A stretch of DNA of 64,000 nt from an uncultured delta proteobacterium (GTDB lineage Bacteria > Myxococcota_A > UBA9160 > SMWR01): NCBI GenBank assembly GCA_963832165.1, contig CAWHTE010000004.1:640001-704000 (forward strand). The letters run 5' to 3'. Position 1 is the stretch's first letter. Each line of letters opens with the position of its first letter. Below the pieces are notes generated by a model. That model was not told the DNA's origin, did not search any database, and worked only from the letters and a program-made list of their open reading frames with translations. Positions 1 to 9,896 of the stretch are shown in pieces. Made by a program: the position numbers and the translations under genes.

Positions 1-1278
1 CGCGCAGAGCGCGAAAACCCGAACGACGCGCGCACGCAGCTGTACCGCGGCCTCGTGCTGTCGCATCAGGCCAAGCAGCGCGAGGCCGCACAAGCGTTCT
101 CCCGCGCGGCCGGACTCGACCCCGAGCTCGCCAGCGTCGCGGGGCTGTACGCGGGGCGCAGCTGGGCCAGCGCACAGGAGCGCAAGCAGGCCCGCGAGTC
201 GCTCGAGCGCGCGCACGCGGCCAATCCGGATTCGGAGTGGGGGCGCGCCGCGGCGAAGGAGCTCGAAGCGCTCGAGGCGCCCTATCGCCGCCACGCGTGG
301 GCCCGGTTGAAGGCCGGGGTGGAGCACGACTCGAACGTGACGCTCCAGAACGACACCCTGCGGTACAACGTATTTCAGGTCCAGTCCGGGGAGGTTCCCG
401 AGATCAGCCCGGACGAGCGCGAGGACACGGTCGCGGTGTTCGAAGCCGAGGGCGGCCTCGAGTTCCTGCGCGACGAAAAGCAGTCCGCGGGCGCCGGAAT
501 CGGCTACTTCGGCAACGCGCACGACAACGTGCACGAGCTCGACCTGCAGTATCCGTGGGCCTCGCTCTGGTACGACCGGCTCGTGGGCGCGGACACCTGG
601 CTCCGGCTGCAGCCGTACGTCGGCTACGCGTGGCTCGAGACCGACCCGTTCGTGTTCCTGGGCGGCGGAACGCTGTCGGCGAGGCGCTCCTTCAACGATC
701 GCTTCTCGGGTTACGTGTACTCGCGTCTGACCGCGAACGAATTCCTGTACAACCTGCACCCCGATGCCGTGGTCGCCGCGTCCGGACCGGCGGGTCCGTT
801 CATCGCCGATCGCTTCCTGCGCTTCCGCGACCGCGACGGCATCGAGTCCGAGACCGGTGTCGAGGGCACCTTCGCAGTCGTGCCGGCCAGCACGTCGCTG
901 CGCGCGGGAACGGCCTACCAGCGCTACTGGGCCGAGGGCCGCGACTGGACCCGCCATGGCAGCAGGAGCTGGGTGGGGCTCACCCAGGCGCTCCCCTGGC
1001 GCTTCGTCCTCGATGTGGATGGCAGCTACACCTGGCACCCCTACGACCACCGCTCCAGCTACGACGAAGACCTGTTCCGGTACGTGGTGGGGCAGGGGCC
1101 CGAGCGCGAGGACCACATCTGGGACGCGCAAGTCGAGCTCCGATACCCGCTAACCGACTGGCTTCAGGTTTCGGCGCGCGGTCAGTACACGGACAGCGAG
1201 TCCAATGTGGCTGTATTCGATTACGACCGCTGGGTGGCGGGAGGTTACCTAACCGTGACATGGGGCCACACATATTGA
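1..1278 (+). CDS. TPR-containing outer-membrane beta-barrel protein (5' end outside window)
   Basis: Frame is open from base 1. N-terminal TPR-like helices (ENPNDARTQLYRGLV, ERAHAANPDSEWG) are followed by alternating aromatic beta-strands, ending GGYLTVTWGHTY. Confidence 0.7.
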   Translation, partial: RAERENPNDARTQLYRGLVLSHQAKQREAAQAFSRAAGLDPELASVAGLYAGRSWASAQERKQARESLERAHAANPDSEWGRAAAKELEALEAPYRRHAWARLKAGVEHDSNVTLQNDTLRYNVFQVQSGEVPEISPDEREDTVAVFEAEGGLEFLRDEKQSAGAGIGYFGNAHDNVHELDLQYPWASLWYDRLVGADTWLRLQPYVGYAWLETDPFVFLGGGTLSARRSFNDRFSGYVYSRLTANEFLYNLHPDAVVAASGPAGPFIADRFLRFRDRDGIESETGVEGTFAVVPASTSLRAGTAYQRYWAEGRDWTRHGSRSWVGLTQALPWRFVLDVDGSYTWHPYDHRSSYDEDLFRYVVGQGPEREDHIWDAQVELRYPLTDWLQVSARGQYTDSESNVAVFDYDRWVAGGYLTVTWGHTY

Positions 1279-1295
1279 AACGGAGATCCCCCCCA

Positions 1296-2651
1296 ATGTT
1301 GAAGCGGAATCCCTTCTCGATGTTTGTCGTTGTCGGTTCGCTGGCGATTGCCAGCACCGCATTCGCCGCCGACGAGCTAGGTCGTGTGAGCGAGATGACG
1401 GGCGACGTCACCGCACAGCAGCCCGGCGCAGAGCCGCGCTCGCTGGCGTGTGGCGATCCCGTGTTTCCGGGCGACACGCTGCGGACGGGCCAGGGCTCGC
1501 ACGTGGGCGTGCAGCTCGGCGACGTCGCCACCCACCTCGACGCGAACAGCCAGGTGGTGCTCGGCCGCACCGCGCAGAACACGCCCTCGGCGCGCCTCAT
1601 GGCGGGCAAGGTGCGGATGATCGATCCGCGCGAGGAAGGCGAGCCCGCGCAGCTCGCGGTGCTCGACGCGGATGCGAAGGTCCAGGGCAACGACGCCGAG
1701 GGCTACATCTTCTCGGAGAAGATCGGTCCCTACGCGATGCTGTGCGAGTGGGACGATCCGCTCGCCGTGAGCCGCGGCTCTGACTCGAAGACCGCGAAGC
1801 CCGGCGAGTGCGTGATCGCGAAGCCGAAGGAGCCGCTCTACACCGCGAAGGCCCACGAGGCCCGCATCCCTGCGCTCGCGCAGGAGTGTGCGAGCCCGCG
1901 CAACATCGCGTCGCTGAACGACCCGATGCACCACCTCTCACCGGAAGACGTGGCGGCCGTGGGCCCGATGCTGGCCGCGTTCCAGCCGCCGGACCCCGCG
2001 CAGACGCCCGACTACGTCTGCGACACGACGGACGAGGGGGTCTGCTCGCCCGAGCGCCAGCTCGTGGCGGTCGAGCCCGATCCCGTGATCGAGGACCCGT
2101 GCGCGTTCGGCTTCTGCCCGGGCAACGAGCCGCCTGCGAACGAGCCGCCTGCGAACGAGCCGCCCGCGAACGAGCCGCCTGCGAACGAGCCGCCCGCGAA
2201 CGAGCCGCCTGCGAACGAGCCGCCCGCGAACGAGCCGCCCGCGAACGAGCCGCCCGCGAACGAGCCGCCCGTGACGGCTGGTGGACCGCCGCCGTTCTCG
2301 GACGAGTTCCCCGGGAACTCCGGCACGACGCCCCCGCCCTTCGACAACGAGATCCCCGGGAACTCGGGGACGACGCCGCCCAACACGAACGACTTTCCCG
2401 GAAATGGGCAGCAGACGCCCCCGGTCAACCAGCCGCCCGTGATCGAGCCGCCCGTCACGACCGCCGGTGGACCGCCGCCCTTCTCGAACATCTTCCCGGG
2501 GAATTCGACGCCGCCCGCGCCCTTCACGGACGTGCCGCCGGCGCCGCCCGTCGCGGATGTCCCGCCCTTCACGAACGTGTTCCCCGCGCAGAGTGCGCCC
2601 TTCGCGGATGGGTTCCCCGCGGTGGCGCCGAACCACAACCCCGGCGTCTAA
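1296..2651 (+). CDS. Secreted FecR-domain protein with Pro-rich repetitive C-terminus
   Basis: ATG at 1296 after GGAGA; signal peptide ending STAFA; FecR-like GDPVFPGDTLRTGQGSHVGVQLGD; NEPPA repeats. Confidence 0.7.
   Translation: MLKRNPFSMFVVVGSLAIASTAFAADELGRVSEMTGDVTAQQPGAEPRSLACGDPVFPGDTLRTGQGSHVGVQLGDVATHLDANSQVVLGRTAQNTPSARLMAGKVRMIDPREEGEPAQLAVLDADAKVQGNDAEGYIFSEKIGPYAMLCEWDDPLAVSRGSDSKTAKPGECVIAKPKEPLYTAKAHEARIPALAQECASPRNIASLNDPMHHLSPEDVAAVGPMLAAFQPPDPAQTPDYVCDTTDEGVCSPERQLVAVEPDPVIEDPCAFGFCPGNEPPANEPPANEPPANEPPANEPPANEPPANEPPANEPPANEPPANEPPVTAGGPPPFSDEFPGNSGTTPPPFDNEIPGNSGTTPPNTNDFPGNGQQTPPVNQPPVIEPPVTTAGGPPPFSNIFPGNSTPPAPFTDVPPAPPVADVPPFTNVFPAQSAPFADGFPAVAPNHNPGV
2124..2270 (+). 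repeat. 15-bp tandem repeat (AACGAGCCGCCYGCG) x~10, encoding NEPPA
   Basis: Directly visible; units differ only at a synonymous C/T. Confidence 0.97.
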
Positions 2652-2714
2652 AGAGCAGCGCCGAGGACGTGAACACAGAAGCCCGGCTGAGCTAGCGTGG
2701 TGGTGGAGGTTCCG

Positions 2715-3239
2715 ATGGGCTTCCACCACCTCGCTCTCGCCACCCGGGACATCAAGGCAACCCACGAGTTCTACACCGCGGCGATGGGCTTCGAGCTCGT
2801 CAAGGTCGTGGTGGGACCCGCGGGCAAACGCGGCTTCGCCAAGCACCTGTTCTACGACACGGGCAACGGCGAGCTGATCGCGTTCTGGGATCTGCACGAT
2901 CCCGACCTCGCACCGGACTGGTCGCCCGCGATCGCCGAGGGGCTCGGGCTCCCGCTCTGGACGAACCACATCGCGTTCGCAGCCACCGACCGCGCCGACA
3001 TCGACCGGTGCCGCGACCGCTGGCTCGCGCACGGCGTCGACGTGATGGAGAGCGACCACCACTGGTGCCTGTCGATCTACGCCACGGACCCGAACGGGAT
3101 CCTCGTCGAGTTCTGCACCACGACCGATCCCGGCTTCCACGATCGCGCGGAGGCCGAGCGCCTGCTCGCCGAGCCCACGCCGCCGCAGGACCCGCGCCCG
3201 ATCACGCGCGTCTTCCGCGCGGTGGACTACAAGCGCTAG
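2715..3239 (+). CDS. VOC/glyoxalase family protein
   Basis: GFHHLALATRD, NHIAF and SIYATDPNGILVEF motifs; GGAGG RBS. Confidence 0.85.
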   Translation: MGFHHLALATRDIKATHEFYTAAMGFELVKVVVGPAGKRGFAKHLFYDTGNGELIAFWDLHDPDLAPDWSPAIAEGLGLPLWTNHIAFAATDRADIDRCRDRWLAHGVDVMESDHHWCLSIYATDPNGILVEFCTTTDPGFHDRAEAERLLAEPTPPQDPRPITRVFRAVDYKR

Positions 3240-4192
3240 CGACCCGGGCCCGGGAACAGCGCGTCGATCTGTCCGAGGATCTCCTCAGGCAGGCGCAGTC
3301 CCGACGCCTTCACGTTGTCCTCGAGCTGTGAGACGCGCGTGATCCCCGTGATCACGCTCGCGACGTTGGGCTCGGCCAGGCACCACGCGAGCGCGAGCTG
3401 CGCCATCGAGATGCCGAGCTCGCGCGCGAGCGGCGCGAGCCGGTCGGTGCTCGCGAGCATCTCGGGCTCGAGGAAAGCGTCCATGAACACGTTGCGGACC
3501 TTGTCTGCCGCGCGCGTGCCCGCGGGTCGCCGGCCGCCGCTGTACTTGCCCGTGAGCGCGCCCTGCGCGAGCGGGCTGAACACGATCTGCGAGAGTCCCT
3601 CGCGCCGCGAGACGGGCATCACCTCCGCCTCGATCCCGCGCCGCAGCACATTGTACTGCGGCTGATTCGAGATCGGCCGCACCGCGCGCAGCGCCTCGGC
3701 GGTGCGGCAGGCGTCGAGGATCTGCGCGCCGCGCCACTCCGAGACGCCCCAGTAGAGCACCTTGCCCTGGCGCACGAGGTCGTCGAACGCGCGCACCGTC
3801 TCCTCGACGGGCGTGTTCGGGTCGTAGCGATGGCACTGCAACAGGTCGATGTAGTCGGTCCCGAGCCGGCGCAGAGATCCCTCTGCGCTCTCGATGATGT
3901 GCTTGCGCGAGAGCCCGCGGTCGTTCGGGCGCTCGGACATCGGGAAGAAGCACTTCGTGGCGATCACCACGTAGCGGCGCGGGATCCCCTGCAGCGCAGC
4001 GCCGAGCGCCTCCTCTCCCTCGCCGTTCGAGTACACGTCCGCGGTGTCGAAGAGATTCACGCCGAGATCGAACGCGCGGTGCACGATCTCGCGCGTGCCG
4101 GCGCGGTCGACGCTCGATCCGAGCGTGAGCCACGAGCCCACCGACACCTCGCTCACGACGAGCCCGCTGCGCCCGAGATTCCGGTATTCCAT
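3236..4192 (-). CDS. Aldo/keto reductase (K+ channel beta-subunit-like)
   Basis: MEYRNLGRSGL, FDTADVYS, LGTDYIDLLQCH, SPLAQG. Confidence 0.92.
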   Translation of the reverse strand: MEYRNLGRSGLVVSEVSVGSWLTLGSSVDRAGTREIVHRAFDLGVNLFDTADVYSNGEGEEALGAALQGIPRRYVVIATKCFFPMSERPNDRGLSRKHIIESAEGSLRRLGTDYIDLLQCHRYDPNTPVEETVRAFDDLVRQGKVLYWGVSEWRGAQILDACRTAEALRAVRPISNQPQYNVLRRGIEAEVMPVSRREGLSQIVFSPLAQGALTGKYSGGRRPAGTRAADKVRNVFMDAFLEPEMLASTDRLAPLARELGISMAQLALAWCLAEPNVASVITGITRVSQLEDNVKASGLRLPEEILGQIDALFPGPGR

Positions 4193-4217
4193 GGGCGTCC
4201 ATTCTACACTGGGCGCT

Positions 4218-4814
4218 GTGACCGACGGCTTCGATCTCCAATCCGCTACGGACCGCGCGTGGGTCGAGCGCGCACTCGCGGGGCTCGACGAGCTGCTCGT
4301 CGATCACGCGCACTGCGAGAAGAAGGCCGCGGGCACCGCGCTCAACCTGATCTTCCGCTATCCGCGCCACGCGCAGCTGCTCGAGCCGCTCTCGCGGCTC
4401 GCGCGCGAGGAGCTCGTGCATTTCGAGCAGGTGCTCGCGCTGCTGCGCGGCCGCGGCGTCGCGTTCGCGTCCCAGAAGCCCGCGTCCTACGCGGGCCGGC
4501 TGCGCGCGGCCACGCGTGCGCACGACCCGGAGCGGCTCGTCGATCTGCTGCTGTGCAGCGCGCTGATCGAGGCGCGCAGCTGCGAGCGCTTCGCGCTGCT
4601 CGCGTCCGCGGTGGCCGAGCCCGCGCTGCGCGACTTCTACGCGGGCCTGCACGCGGCCGAGGCGCGCCACCACCGCGTCTACGTCGAGCTCGCGGAATCG
4701 CTCGCGGCGCCCGATGCGGTGTGCGCGCGCTACCGCGAGCTCGCCGCACACGAAGCCGCGATCCTCGAGCAGACTCCGCTGTGCTCGCGCATGCACGCGG
4801 GCGCGCTCGCTTGA
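4218..4814 (+). CDS. miaE: tRNA-(ms2io6A)-hydroxylase MiaE family
   Basis: Di-iron motifs DHAHCEKKAA, REELVHFEQV, LIEARSCERF, EARHH; start codon uncertain. Confidence 0.88.
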   Translation: MTDGFDLQSATDRAWVERALAGLDELLVDHAHCEKKAAGTALNLIFRYPRHAQLLEPLSRLAREELVHFEQVLALLRGRGVAFASQKPASYAGRLRAATRAHDPERLVDLLLCSALIEARSCERFALLASAVAEPALRDFYAGLHAAEARHHRVYVELAESLAAPDAVCARYRELAAHEAAILEQTPLCSRMHAGALA

Positions 4815-4866
4815 CGCGCCGAGCGCGCGCGGTCAATCTGCGAAACCTCGACAGGAGGGCAGGCAC

Positions 4867-5604
4867 ATGGCGATCCAGACCGAGCGCGTGAAGATTCCGC
4901 TCGACGGTGGCAAGACGATGGGCGGCTACCTCGCGCGGCCCGCGGGTGGCGACAAGCGACCCGGCGTGATCGTGTGGATGGAGATCTTCGGCATCAACTC
5001 GCACATCCGCGACGTGGTCGAGCGCGTGGCGGCCGAGGGCTACGTGGCGCTCGCGCCCGATTTCTTCCACCGCACCGGGCCCGACGTCGAGTACGGCTAC
5101 GACGATGCGGGCATGGCGGGCGGCATGAAGCTGCTCGGACAGCTCGACGCCGACGAGATGATCTCCGACGCGCGCGCGGCGCTCGCGTATCTGCGCGGCC
5201 GGCCCGACGCCACGGGCAAGGTCGGTGTGATGGGCTTCTGCATCGGCGGCCACATGACCTATCTCACCGCGTGCGAGACTGACGTGGCCGCCGCGGCGAG
5301 CTTCTACGGCGGCGGCATCGCCGCACCGCAGGGCATGGGCGGCAAGCCGAGTACGATCGGACGCAGCGGGCAGATCCGCGGGAAGATGCTCGCCTTGTTC
5401 GGCGAGAAGGACGCCTTGATCCCGCCCGCACAGGTCGAAGCGATCCGCGCCGCGCTCGCGAAGGCGGGATCGAAGCACGAGGTGGTCGTGTACCCGGGCG
5501 CGGACCACGGCTTCTTCTGCGACCAGCGCGCCACCTATCAGAAGGAGGCGGCGGAGGACGCGTGGAAGCGCGTGAAGACGCTGTTCCGCGAGCAGCTGGC
5601 CTGA
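4867..5604 (+). CDS. Dienelactone hydrolase family protein
   Basis: EIFGINSHIR, GFCIGG nucleophile elbow, YPGADHGFFCD; AGGAGG RBS. Confidence 0.92.
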   Translation: MAIQTERVKIPLDGGKTMGGYLARPAGGDKRPGVIVWMEIFGINSHIRDVVERVAAEGYVALAPDFFHRTGPDVEYGYDDAGMAGGMKLLGQLDADEMISDARAALAYLRGRPDATGKVGVMGFCIGGHMTYLTACETDVAAAASFYGGGIAAPQGMGGKPSTIGRSGQIRGKMLALFGEKDALIPPAQVEAIRAALAKAGSKHEVVVYPGADHGFFCDQRATYQKEAAEDAWKRVKTLFREQLA

Positions 5605-5611
5605 TCTCCGT

Positions 5612-7147
5612 TCACTGCGATTCGACGCGCAGCGCACACAGCTGCGCGTCGGGCTGTCCCACGATCACGAGCACGTCGGGCGTGCGGTAGTCGACGCCGG
5701 GCGCGCCAGGCCTCACGCGCACGATGCCCGGCGCGCGCAGCTCTCCCACGGCGTTGCTGGGCGCGAACGGGCGCTCCTGCGATGCGATCTGGAATCGGTC
5801 GGGCGGGACCGGCACGGGCGGCGCGCCGGACAGGTCGATGCGCACGCGCGTGAACGTGCCGTCACAGAAGTCGGTCGCGAACAGCTCCGTGCCGGCCGCG
5901 TTCACGGCCACCTGGGTGAATCCCTCGCACTGCGCGGCGGGCGGTCCGTCGGAACGATCGGGCAGCACGAGCGGCTCGTCCGCGGTGAAGATGCCCGCGT
6001 GGGGCGTGTTCGCGCTCTGCCCGAGGATCGCCGGCGGACCCGCGGAATAGAGACTCGGGTCGTCGAGCGCTCGCAGGTCGACGCCGTAGATCTGGCGATG
6101 CGACGAGGCGCCGACCCACGCGAGCCGGCCGCCCGGGTCGATGGCGGGCGCGTCGAACGAGGGGCCCGCGAACCCGAGCGGGATCACCGCGGCGATCCGC
6201 GGCACGCTCGGATCGATCACCTCGATCGCGCCCGGACCGCGCACGTTGCCCGCGCCGGTTCCGCTCCCGATCGCGCCGGTCGTCGTCACGAGCACGAGCT
6301 CGCGCCCGCCCGGAGTCACGGTGCGCTGCACGCCGGTCGGATTGAAGTGCTCGGTGAACAGCACGGGCGTCGCGGCATCGGGTCGCACGCGCAGCACGCC
6401 GCCCGTCTCGATCCACTCGTAGACGAGCACGGTGCCCGGATGGAAACGCGTGCCGCTCACGAGATTCGACGTGGCGACGAACAGCCGTCCGCCAGCGACG
6501 GCCTTTCCGGCCGTGAGCGTGGTGAGATAGGACGGCTGCGTCGGATCGCACGTGGGGCTCGGCGCGGTCGGCTGCCCGGTCGAATCGATCGGCTCGACCG
6601 GTCGGATGCACGCGAGTGTCGAGATGCCCGTGCGCAGATGCGTCTGGCCGGGTGGCGGCAGCAGTGGGTACGCACCTGGCGCGGTGCTCGCGGGCGTCTC
6701 GACGAGCACGTTGCGCGGCGCCGCGGCGCTCGGGTCGTAGACGAGCAGCTGTTCGTAGTTGCTCGTGGAGACGAGGGCGAGGTCGTCGCGCAAGGCGGTG
6801 ATTTCGCCCATCACGGGCGTGAGAGGGAAGCCCACGATCGGCGCGATCGCGGAGGCGTCGTCGCGTCCGTCGCCGTCGCTGTCGGTGCCGATGTTGTCGA
6901 ACGCGAGCGGCGTCGGGCGCTCGGCCTCGAGGTCGAACGAAGCGACTCCGGGAGGGCTCGTCTGCACGAGCGCGGCGCGGTGCGAGGCCTGCGACAGCAG
7001 CGCGAGGCCGGACGGGAAGGTGCCCGCGAGGGGCGTGCAGTTGAACGCGATGGGCTCGCGCTCCACGACGAGTCCCTTGCCCGAGTCGCCGCCGCCCTCG
7101 CACGCGGCGGCGCAAAGCGCGAAGAGCGCGAGCGCGCGCGTCCTCAC
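5612..7147 (-). CDS. Lipoprotein, probable beta-propeller, in B12-uptake operon
   Basis: GTG overlaps the upstream stop (GTGA); lipobox-like LCAAAC; propeller-like segments (GRLFVATSN, IEVIDP..IAAVIPLG). Confidence 0.6.
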   Translation of the reverse strand: MRTRALALFALCAAACEGGGDSGKGLVVEREPIAFNCTPLAGTFPSGLALLSQASHRAALVQTSPPGVASFDLEAERPTPLAFDNIGTDSDGDGRDDASAIAPIVGFPLTPVMGEITALRDDLALVSTSNYEQLLVYDPSAAAPRNVLVETPASTAPGAYPLLPPPGQTHLRTGISTLACIRPVEPIDSTGQPTAPSPTCDPTQPSYLTTLTAGKAVAGGRLFVATSNLVSGTRFHPGTVLVYEWIETGGVLRVRPDAATPVLFTEHFNPTGVQRTVTPGGRELVLVTTTGAIGSGTGAGNVRGPGAIEVIDPSVPRIAAVIPLGFAGPSFDAPAIDPGGRLAWVGASSHRQIYGVDLRALDDPSLYSAGPPAILGQSANTPHAGIFTADEPLVLPDRSDGPPAAQCEGFTQVAVNAAGTELFATDFCDGTFTRVRIDLSGAPPVPVPPDRFQIASQERPFAPSNAVGELRAPGIVRVRPGAPGVDYRTPDVLVIVGQPDAQLCALRVESQ

Positions 7148-9105
7148 CAGCGCACCTCGACACCCGCGCTGGCGTGGCGCCCGGGCTGCGGAAACGCGGT
7201 CACGTCGCGCACCGCTTCGTCGCCGATGTTGTTCAGGCGCGCGCTGAGCCAGAGCTCCGACACGACGGTGCGCAGGCCGAAGCCGGGCCACTCGACGAGG
7301 TTCAACGCGACCGCGGCATTCCAGACCGTGCGCTCGGGCAGGTGCCGGCTCCCGCCCTCGTCGACGAGGATCTCGCCCACGCGCGAGAGCTCGCCCACGA
7401 GCTTCCACACCGGGTCGGGGCCGAGCTGCAGCCGCACGTCGGTCTCGTACTCGGGCTGACCCGGCAGCCGGCGGCGGTTCGCATCGCGGCGTGAGTCGAG
7501 GAACGTCTGCTGGGCTGCGACCGAGACGAAGCGCGTGAGACGCAGCGACGCCGCGAGCTCGACGCCCTCGGAGGTGGCGTCGCCCAGGTTCTCGGGCCGG
7601 ATCGTGCTCGGGCCGATCTGCAGCCACGCGATCGATTCCTCGATCTCGCGCCGGAACACCGTGGCGCCGAGCCGGAGGTCCGAGAACCACCACGCCTGCG
7701 CGAGCTCGAGCTCGAGCCCGACGTCGTAGTTCAAGGCGTCCTCGGGCTCGAGGTCGGGATTCCCCGCAATGAAGCCCTCGTCGGGGTGGAACAGCTCGTC
7801 GAACGTGGGCACGCGATAGGCGCGCCCGACCTGCGCGCGCACCCGCAGCCAGCGCCAGGGCTCGATCACGAGCCCCGCGCTCGGCAGCCACTCGGTGCCG
7901 AAGCCGTCGGCCCAGTCGAGCCGCGCGCCCACCGAGAGCGACAATCGCTCGTCGAGCACGCGCAGCGTCGGCTCGAGCGCGGCACCGCCGTTCGCGCGCT
8001 CGCGCGCGCTGCGGTCGTTCGCGTGCAGCCAATCCTGTGCGCCGTCGAGCTGCACGCGCGCCGCGAGCATCTGATCGAACGGCCGGAAGCGCCAGGTGTC
8101 GATCGCGCGCGCTCCGAGCGTCTGGAGCCGCGCATTCACGTCGATCGGGTCCTCGAGTACCGCGACCGGATCCGAGAAGTGCGTGCGCTCGTAGCGGTGA
8201 TAGGCAGCCAGCTCGACCTCGTCGCCGAGCGCACGTTTGGGTGCGCCCAACCAGCGCAGCTGCGCGAGGTTCGAGAAGTCGCGGCTGTGCGCGTCGGTGC
8301 GCTGACCTGCGGTGGGTCCGTTTCCGCCGTCGAAGCCGGGCTCACCGCCGTCCGAGTAGACCGCGTAGTCCGAGAAGCGCAGCGTGCCCGGGCCGAGCGC
8401 TCCGCCGAGCCCGAACGTGCCGCCGTGCTGCACGCGGTCGTTGTTGATGCGCGTGGCCTCCTCGGGCTCGAAGCCCGCGGCGACGCCATCGCCGAGCTCG
8501 GTGCGCTGGACGAAGTCGAAGTCGCCCTCGGTCGAGAAGCCGCAGTAGCCGAGGCTCGCGTCGAGCGGGCCGACCCGATCGGCGTGCAGCGCGGAGCCCT
8601 CGAAGGTGTCGAACGCGCCTCCGGAGAACGAGGCCCGTGTTTCCGGCTCGGCGCCCGCCGCGCGCGACACGAGGTTCACCACGCCGCCGATCGCGCCGCT
8701 GCCTTGCTGCGCAGTGCCCGCGCCGCGCGTGATCTCGACGCGCTCGAGCAGCGGCAGGCACGCGCGCGTGAGGTCGAGGCCGCCCGTGAGTGCGCTGTTC
8801 GCGCGCACGCCGTCGATCGCCACGACCACCTGCGAGGGTGTCGAGCCGCGGATCGAGACCTCGGAGCGGTCGCCGGCTCCACCGAAGCGGCGCACGAACA
8901 CGCCCTCGGTCTCCGAGAGCAGGTCGGCGAGGCTCTTCTGCTCGGCCGTGTAGTCGTCCGAGAACAGCACGTCCGTGCTCGCCGCCGGAATCGGGTCGAG
9001 CTCACCCGTGCGCACGCCGCGCACGACGATCTCTTCGGGCGCGGGCTCTTCGGCCGATGCGGCGCCCGCGAGCACGAGCGCGGCGATCAGCGCCGCGGTG
9101 CGCAC
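7144..9105 (-). CDS. btuB: TonB-dependent receptor, BtuB-like
   Basis: TonB box EEIVVRG, plug SIRGSTPSQVVVAIDGV, ERVEITRG, GNPDLEPE, C-terminal PGRHASAGVEVRW; lies downstream of a cobalamin riboswitch. Confidence 0.8.
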   Translation of the reverse strand: MRTAALIAALVLAGAASAEEPAPEEIVVRGVRTGELDPIPAASTDVLFSDDYTAEQKSLADLLSETEGVFVRRFGGAGDRSEVSIRGSTPSQVVVAIDGVRANSALTGGLDLTRACLPLLERVEITRGAGTAQQGSGAIGGVVNLVSRAAGAEPETRASFSGGAFDTFEGSALHADRVGPLDASLGYCGFSTEGDFDFVQRTELGDGVAAGFEPEEATRINNDRVQHGGTFGLGGALGPGTLRFSDYAVYSDGGEPGFDGGNGPTAGQRTDAHSRDFSNLAQLRWLGAPKRALGDEVELAAYHRYERTHFSDPVAVLEDPIDVNARLQTLGARAIDTWRFRPFDQMLAARVQLDGAQDWLHANDRSARERANGGAALEPTLRVLDERLSLSVGARLDWADGFGTEWLPSAGLVIEPWRWLRVRAQVGRAYRVPTFDELFHPDEGFIAGNPDLEPEDALNYDVGLELELAQAWWFSDLRLGATVFRREIEESIAWLQIGPSTIRPENLGDATSEGVELAASLRLTRFVSVAAQQTFLDSRRDANRRRLPGQPEYETDVRLQLGPDPVWKLVGELSRVGEILVDEGGSRHLPERTVWNAAVALNLVEWPGFGLRTVVSELWLSARLNNIGDEAVRDVTAFPQPGRHASAGVEVRW

Positions 9106-9896
9106 TGCCGCCGGCGCCGCGCGCCGATCAGCGCGAGCGCGCCCGCCGCGAGCGCCCATGCGGGCAGGGGCTCGGGCAGGTGGAGCACGCCAACCGCATC
9201 GACATCGAAGCCGCCGCTCGCAAACGCGGTGGGGTAGGGGTCGTAGACGGCGCGATTCGCCGCGTCGAGCGTCGAGCCGTCGCCGATCACGTCGACGAGC
9301 CGCACGTGGGTGACGAGATCGAGGTCGAGCAGGCCCGTGCCGACGAGTGGGTCCGAGGCGAGATCGGCGAGGTCGAACCCGGTGCCCTGATCGAGCGGAT
9401 GCTTGCCCGCGAGGTTGTGATAGTCGCTCGGATCGATCACGCCGCCGCCCTCGACCGGATCGGGCTGCAGGCAGGTCGCGGCGAAGCGCGCGAAGTCGAC
9501 CCCGTTGCTCGATACCTCGACGAACGCGAACTCGCCGTAGAAGCCGCCCGGTGCGAAGAAGCCGTTCTCGTACACTGCGAAGTCGTCCCCGGGCCCGTCG
9601 CTGATCCCGTCGGCGAAGCGCAGCGTGAGGCGTCCGCCGTCGCCGAGCGAGAACACGTCGAAGATGTCGTTGGTCGCGGGGCCGAGGGCCCAGCTCGACT
9701 CGCCATGGCTCGCGTTCCCGCTGCCGGGGTTGGCGATGTCGAGCGGGCCGCGCACGGCCTCGACCACCGCGGTGGCCCACGCCGCCATGAGCCCGGGCGC
9801 GTAACCCGACTCGGTGTAGGGACCCGCGCGCGCGCGCGCGGTCCCGAACAGCGCGAGACCGGCGGCCAGTGCGAGCGCGCAGCGCGCTCGCCTCAC
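9087..9896 (-). CDS. PEP-CTERM cell-surface protein
   Basis: Signal peptide; SLGDGGRLTLRF..DGPGDDFAVYENGF..EFAFVEVSSNG; GFDVDAVG; C-terminal LPEP-hydrophobic-RRRR. Confidence 0.8.
   Translation of the reverse strand: MRRARCALALAAGLALFGTARARAGPYTESGYAPGLMAAWATAVVEAVRGPLDIANPGSGNASHGESSWALGPATNDIFDVFSLGDGGRLTLRFADGISDGPGDDFAVYENGFFAPGGFYGEFAFVEVSSNGVDFARFAATCLQPDPVEGGGVIDPSDYHNLAGKHPLDQGTGFDLADLASDPLVGTGLLDLDLVTHVRLVDVIGDGSTLDAANRAVYDPYPTAFASGGFDVDAVGVLHLPEPLPAWALAAGALALIGARRRRQCAPRR

Noticed and set aside
2124..2270. Tandem repeat as a CRISPR array
   Set aside because: The 15-bp units have no spacers, are in frame in a CDS, and no cas genes are present.
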